Origin: Selaginella moellendorffii
Taxonomy: Eukaryota > Plantae > Lycopodiophyta
Assembly: GCF_000143415.4 (NCBI RefSeq)
Contig: NW_003314561.1
Location: 1 to 12,830, forward strand
Direction of reading: 5' to 3'
Length of the DNA: 12,830 nt
In this document: piece after piece, positions 7,620 to 12,830 of the stretch
How the letters are laid out: each line of letters begins with the position of its first letter
Position numbering within the stretch: position 1 is the stretch's first letter
The notes under the pieces: model-generated
What the model saw: the letters and a program-made list of their open reading frames with translations, nothing else
Databases searched by the model: none
What the model was told of the DNA's origin: nothing
Translations under genes and position numbers: made by a program

Positions 7620-8480
7620 TTACCGATAGAGAGAGTTTGAAGAGCTTGAAAACCTGTAATGTGGTTTTGGAAATTCTTGGTTATTGGTAGGCTTGTAAAG
7701 GCTCTGGGTGAACCAGATAACCTTTAGTGTATGAGCTCCATAGATCTCATACACCCTCTGCTCCGACCACGAGTCGGGAGCTGTGGCACTTGCTGCTATG
7801 CACTTGGCAACGAGGCTTGACAGGAATGCCTTGGCGTTCTTTTCACCAAGGTGCCCCACACCAACTGGCTGCCACTGCTCAACGTCTGCGTGACTCTGGA
7901 ACCACTGCCAAAAAAAGTCGTCGCAGGTGGACATAATCACAACCCCAGTCCAGTCTTGCTTGGTCATGGCTGGGAAACATCCTAGGAGGGTGCCTACATC
8001 CTGGTCGGACCACCGCTTCAGCCTGTCAGCTTCATCGATGACAAAAATTGGCCTCCTATGCTGGTTTTCAGCCGCTAGGCTCATAAACCAACTCATGACA
8101 GAGCCCAAGTCCTTCACTGGCTCCGCTTTTAACAGCTCTAGAACGCTCGATGCATCAAGGTTTACGCCCTTGAACGTCAGCTTCTTCAGATTGACACAGA
8201 CACCTCCGATCGTCTTTAGAAGGGCCGCTGCCACATCTTTGAGCCAAGAAGCCCAAGCTCGCATCTGTCTTGCAATCTGTGCAGCAGCCAGCTCCGCGGA
8301 ACTGAAGTCCGCAGCCCTCATGTCCATGTAGAAGAGCGGCAACTGGGCTTTCAGCAGAGGGTTGGCATCCCACATCTTCCTGAGCTGCTTGAGCAGAGCA
8401 GACTTGCCTGAATTGTTGGGGCCTATCACTACAGCGATGCAGTTGAAGCCTTCCTCAATATGTGTGAGCAGATCAGTCAT
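7620..8480 (-). CDS. P-loop NTPase, copy 7, L-type (286 aa, frameshifted N-terminus)
   Basis: Walker A GPNNSGKS, Walker B IFVIDEAD; +32 bp insertion upstream. Confidence 0.65.
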   Translation of the reverse strand: MTDLLTHIEEGFNCIAVVIGPNNSGKSALLKQLRKMWDANPLLKAQLPLFYMDMRAADFSSAELAAAQIARQMRAWASWLKDVAAALLKTIGGVCVNLKKLTFKGVNLDASSVLELLKAEPVKDLGSVMSWFMSLAAENQHRRPIFVIDEADRLKRWSDQDVGTLLGCFPAMTKQDWTGVVIMSTCDDFFWQWFQSHADVEQWQPVGVGHLGEKNAKAFLSSLVAKCIAASATAPDSWSEQRVYEIYGAHTLKVIWFTQSLYKPTNNQEFPKPHYRFSSSSNSLYR

Positions 8481-8856
8481 CTCTTCGTGCCTATCAAAGA
8501 AGAAATGACTGATCGTCGTCGTTGAGCGACTTCTTCGTCATCATCATTGAGCGACTTCTTCAGCTCCCTCACCGCTTCAGCCACCATAGCCGCCAAACCC
8601 TAAAATGTGTTAAACCTAAAGTCGCCCGTTACGTGGTTCCAATTTGGTATCAGAGAGACTAGTTGACTTTTTTTATTTTTTTTAGTTTTTTTTCAAACAG
8701 ATGAGCTGTGAAATGGGACATCAACTCAAAACATGTTGGAAGATCTAGATTCCTTGCTGGCTACAAGTTGTTGTAAGCTAAACAAATGCTAATCTGTAGG
8801 AAGAGTTTTTCTTCCTGGCTAACTAGAGAACCTGACTGAAACTCTGGAGAACTAAT

Positions 8857-9792
8857 TTACCGATAGAGAGAGTTTGAAGAGCTTGAAAACCTGTAATGTG
8901 GGTTTGGAAATTCTTGGTTATTGGTAGGCTCGTAAAGGCTCTGGGTGAACCAGATAACCTTTAGTGTATGAGCTCCACAGATCTCATACACCCTCTGCTC
9001 CGACCACGAGTCGGGAGCTGTGGCACTTGCTGCTATGCGCTTGGCGACGAGGCTTGACAGGAATGCCTTGGCGTTCTTTTCACCAAGGTGCCCCACACCA
9101 ACTGGCTTCCACTGCTCAACGTCTACGTGACTCTGGAACCACTGCCAAAAAAAGTCGTCGCAGGTGGACATAATCACAACCCCAGTCCGGTCCTGCTTGG
9201 TGATGGCTATGAAACATCCCAGGAGGGTGCCTACATCCTGGTCGGACCACCGCTTCAGCCTGTCAGCTTCATCGATGACAAAAATTGGCCTCCTATGCTG
9301 GTTTTCAGCCTCCAGGCTCATAAACCAACTCATGACAAAGCCCAAGTCCTTCACTGGCTCCGCTTTTAACAGCTCTAGAAAGCTCGATGCATCAAGGTTT
9401 ACGCCCTTGAATGTCAGCTTCTTGAGATCGACACTGACACCTCCGATCGTCTTCAGAAGGGCCACTGCCACATCTTTGAGCCAAGAAGCCCAAGCTCGCA
9501 TCTGTCTTGCAATCTATGCAGCAGCCAGCTCCAGAGAACTGAAGTCCGCAGGCCTCATGTCCATGTAGAAGAGCGGCAACTGGGCTTTCAGCAGAGGGTT
9601 GGCATCCCACATCTTCCTGAGCTGCTTGAGCAGAGCAAACTTGCCTGAATTGTTGGGGCCTATCACTACAGCGATGTGGTTGAAGCCTTCCTCAATATGT
9701 GTGAGCAGATCAGTCATCTCTTCGTGCCTATCAATGAAACCCTCGTCGTCGTTGAGCGACTTCTTCAGCTCCCTCACCGCTTCAGCCGCCAT
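8857..9792 (-). pseudogene. P-loop NTPase pseudogene, copy 8 (S-type)
   Basis: An in-frame CAG>TAG nonsense change at 9514-9516 splits the ORF into the 95-aa and 214-aa pieces of the track. Walker A is also mutated, GKS>GKF. Confidence 0.88.
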
Positions 9793-10061
9793 AGCCGCCA
9801 AACCCTAAAATGTGTTAAACCTAAAGTCGCCCGTTACGTGGTACCAATTTGGTACCAGAGAGACTAGTTGACTGTTTTAATTTTCCTTAGTTTATTTTCA
9901 AACAGATGAACTGCGAGATGGGACGTCAACTCAAAACATGTTGGAAGATCCAGATTCCTTGCTGGCTACAAGTTGTTGTAAGCTAAATGAATGCTAATCC
10001 GTAGGAAGAGTTTTTCTTCCTGGCTAACTAGAGAACCTAACTGAAACTCTGGAGAACTAAT

Positions 10062-10922
10062 TTACCGATAGAGAGAGTTTGAAGAGCTTGAAAACCTGTA
10101 ATGTGGTTTTGGAAATTCTTGGTTATTGGTAGGCTTGTAAAGGCTCTGGGTGAACCAGATAACCTTTAGTGTATGAGCTCCATAGATCTCATACACCCTC
10201 TGCTCCGACCACGAGTCGGGAGCTGTGGCACTTGCTGCTATGCGCTTGGCAACGAGGCTTGACAGGAATGCCTTGGCGTTCTTTTCACCAAGGTGCCCCA
10301 CACCAACTAGCTGCCACTGCTCAACGTCTGCGTGACTCTGGAACCACTGCCAAAAAAAGTCGTCGCAGGTGGACATAATCACAACCCCAGTCCAGTCTTG
10401 CTTGGTCATGGCTGGGAAACATCCCAGGAGGGTGCCTACATCCTGGTCGGACCACCGCTTCAGCCTGTCAGCTTCATCGATGACAAAAATTGGCCTCCTA
10501 TGCTGGTTTTCAGCCGCTAGGCTCATAAACCAACTCATGACAGAGCCCAAGTCCTTCACTGGCTCCGCTTTTAACAGCTCTAGAAAGCTCGATGCATCAA
10601 GGTTTACGCCCTTGAACGTCAGCTTCTTCAGATTGACACTGACACCTCCGATCGTCTTCAGAAGGGCCGCTGCCACATCTTTGAGCCAAGAAGCCCAAGC
10701 TCGCATCTGTCTTGCAATCTGTGCAGCAGCCAGCTCCGGGGAACTGAAGTCCGCAGCCCTCATGTCCATGTAGAAGAGCGGCAACTGGGCTTTCAGCAGA
10801 GGGTTGGCATCCCACATCTTCCTGAGCTGCTTGAGCAGAGCAGACTTGCCTGAATTGTTGGGGCCTATCACTACAGCGATGCAGTTGAAGCCTTCCTCAA
10901 TATGTGTGAGCAGATCAGTCAT
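10062..10922 (-). CDS. P-loop NTPase, copy 9, L-type (286 aa, frameshifted N-terminus)
   Basis: Walker A GPNNSGKS, Walker B IFVIDEAD; +32 bp insertion upstream. Confidence 0.65.
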   Translation of the reverse strand: MTDLLTHIEEGFNCIAVVIGPNNSGKSALLKQLRKMWDANPLLKAQLPLFYMDMRAADFSSPELAAAQIARQMRAWASWLKDVAAALLKTIGGVSVNLKKLTFKGVNLDASSFLELLKAEPVKDLGSVMSWFMSLAAENQHRRPIFVIDEADRLKRWSDQDVGTLLGCFPAMTKQDWTGVVIMSTCDDFFWQWFQSHADVEQWQLVGVGHLGEKNAKAFLSSLVAKRIAASATAPDSWSEQRVYEIYGAHTLKVIWFTQSLYKPTNNQEFPKPHYRFSSSSNSLYR

Positions 10923-11298
10923 CTCTTCGTGCCTATCAAAGAAGAAATGACTGATCGTCGTCGTTGAGCGACTTCTTCGTCATCATCATTGAGCGACTTC
11001 TTCAGCTCCCTCACCGCTTCAGCCACCATAGCCGCCAAACCCTAAAATGTGTTAAACCTAAAGTCGCCCGTTACGTGGTTCCAATTTGGTATCAGAGAGA
11101 CTAGTTGACTGTTTTAATTTTCTTTAGTTTATTTTCAAACAGATGAGCTGTGAAATGGGACATCAACTCAAAACATGTTGGAAGATCCAGATTCCTTGCT
11201 GGCTACAAGTTGTTGTAAGATAAACAAATGCTAATCTGTAGGAAGAGTTTTTCTTCCTGGCTAACTAGAGAACCTGACTGAAACTCTGGAGAACTAAT

Positions 11299-12234
11299 TT
11301 ACCGATAGAGAGAGTTTGAAGAGCTTGAAAACCTGTAATGTGGGTTTGGAAATTCTTGGTTATTGGTAGGCTCATAAAGGCTCTGGGTGAACCAGATAAC
11401 CTTTAGTGTATGAGCTCCACAGATCTCATACACCCTCTGCTCCGACCACGAGTCGGGAGCTGTGGCACTTGCTGCTATGCGCTTGGCGACGAGGCTTGAC
11501 AGGAATGCCTTGGCGTTCTTTTCACCAAGGTGCCCCACACCAACTGGCTTCCACTGCTCAACGTCTGTGTGACTCTGGAACCACTGCCAAAAAAAGTCGT
11601 CGCAGGTAGACATAATCACAACCCCAGTCCGGTCCTGCTTGGTGATGGCTATGAAACATCCCAGAAGGGTGCCTACATCCTGGTCGGACCACCGCTTTAG
11701 CCTATCAGCTTCATCGATGACAAAAATTGGCCTCCTATGCTGGTTTTCAGCCTCCAGGCTCATAAACCAACTCATGACAAAGCCCAAGTCCTTCACTAGC
11801 TCCGCTTTTAACAGCTCTAGAAAGCTCGATGCATCAAGGTTTTCGCCCTTGAATGTCAGCTTCTTGAGATCGACACTGACACCTCCGATCGTCTTCAGAA
11901 GGGCCGCTGCCACATCTTTGAGCCAAGAAGCCCAAGCTCGCATCTGTCTTGCAATCTGTGCAGCAGCCAGCTCCGGAGAACTGAAGTCCGCAGCCCTCAT
12001 GTCCATGTAGAAGAGCGGCAACTGGGCTTTCAGCAGAGGGTTGGCATCCCACATCTTCCTGAGCTGCTTGAGCAGAGCAGACTTGCCTGAATTGTTGGGG
12101 CCTATCACTACAGCGATGCGGTTGAAGCCTTCCTCAATATGTGTGAGCAGATCAGTCATCTCTTCGTGCCTATCAATGAAACCCTCGTCGTCGTTGAGCG
12201 ACTTCTTCAGCTCCCTCACCGCTTCAGCCGCCAT
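11299..12234 (-). CDS. P-loop NTPase, copy 10, S-type full length (311 aa from ATG), divergent haplotype shared with copy 8
   Basis: FIDRHEE, Walker A GPNNSGKS, Walker B IFVIDEAD, variant block CFIAITKQDRT; uninterrupted frame. Confidence 0.78.
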   Translation of the reverse strand: MAAEAVRELKKSLNDDEGFIDRHEEMTDLLTHIEEGFNRIAVVIGPNNSGKSALLKQLRKMWDANPLLKAQLPLFYMDMRAADFSSPELAAAQIARQMRAWASWLKDVAAALLKTIGGVSVDLKKLTFKGENLDASSFLELLKAELVKDLGFVMSWFMSLEAENQHRRPIFVIDEADRLKRWSDQDVGTLLGCFIAITKQDRTGVVIMSTCDDFFWQWFQSHTDVEQWKPVGVGHLGEKNAKAFLSSLVAKRIAASATAPDSWSEQRVYEICGAHTLKVIWFTQSLYEPTNNQEFPNPHYRFSSSSNSLYR

Positions 12235-12503
12235 AGCCGCCAAACCCTAAAATGTGTTAAACCTAAAGTCGCCCGTTACGTGGTTCCAATTTGGTATCAG
12301 AGAGACTAGTTGACTGTTTTAATTTTCTTTAGTTTATTTTCAAACAGATGAGCTATGAAATGGGACATCAACTCAAAACATGTTGGAAGATCCAGATTCC
12401 TTGCTGGCTACAAGTTGTTGTAAGCTAAACAAATGCTAATCTGTAGGAAGAGTTTTTCTTCCTGGCTAACTAGAGAACCTGACTGAAACTCTGGATAACT
12501 AAT

Positions 12504-12830
12504 TTACCGATAGAGAGAGTTTGAAGAGCTTGAAAACCTGTAATGTGGGTTTGGAAATTCTTGGTTATTGGTAGGCTCGTAAAGGCTCTGGGTGAACCAG
12601 ATAACCTTTAGTGTATGAGCTCCACAGATCTCATACACCCTCTGCTCCGACCACGAGTCGGGAGCTGTGGCACTTGCTGCTATGCGCTTGGCAACGAGGC
12701 TTGACAGGAATGCCTTGGCGTTCTTTTCACCAAGGTGCCCCACACCAACTGGCTGCGACTGCTCAACGTCTGCGTTACTCTGGAACCACTGCCAAAAATA
12801 GTCGTCGCAGGTGGACATAATCACAACCCC
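12504..12830 (-). CDS. P-loop NTPase, copy 11, 3' portion only (truncated by window edge)
   Basis: C-terminal ~108 codons nearly identical to copies 3 and 4; frame open to the window end. Confidence 0.7.
   Translation of the reverse strand, partial: GVVIMSTCDDYFWQWFQSNADVEQSQPVGVGHLGEKNAKAFLSSLVAKRIAASATAPDSWSEQRVYEICGAHTLKVIWFTQSLYEPTNNQEFPNPHYRFSSSSNSLYR

Larger units (their letters stand above)
1..12830. repeat. Tandem array (gene-containing macrosatellite) of ~1.2 kb units; unit starts at 1, 1238, 2443, 3680, 4917, 6122, 7359, 8596, 9801, 11038, 12243 (partial)
   Basis: The same sequence recurs head-to-tail. ORF stop codons at 262, 1499, 2704, 3941, 5178, 6383, 7620, 8857, 10062, 11299 and 12504 give spacings of 1237, 1205, 1237, 1237, 1205, 1237, 1237, 1205, 1237, 1205. 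Confidence 0.99.

Noticed and set aside
1-12830. CRISPR array or diversity-generating retroelement
   Set aside because: No short repeats with unique spacers and no cas or reverse transcriptase gene. Variation is mostly C/G transitions rather than adenine-specific.
1-12830. Autonomous transposon (IS21 IstB/TnsC-type, Helitron, or full LTR element)
   Set aside because: No transposase, integrase, Rep/helicase or gag-pol ORF, and no terminal inverted repeats or TSDs visible in the window.

Overview
The whole window is a head-to-tail tandem array of a ~1.2 kb unit: 10 complete copies plus a partial 11th, probably continuing past both edges. Each unit carries one minus-strand ORF for a minimal STAND-like P-loop NTPase of the 'archaeal ATPase' (ATPase_2/AAA_16-like) type, plus a ~270 bp spacer. 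Units come in two lengths, in the order L S L L S L L S L S. The S form (1205 bp) encodes a full 311-aa protein. The L form (1237 bp) has a +32 bp templated insertion that frameshifts the N-terminus into a 36-codon uORF, overlapping the downstream ATG as ATGA. Copy 8 is a pseudogene. Copies are near-identical recombinant mosaics, and many differences are C>T/G>A changes in CG and CHG contexts. Together with a telo-box, a plant tRNA-iMet PBS-like motif and short intron-like segments, this suggests a methylated land-plant locus rather than a prokaryotic one (inference).
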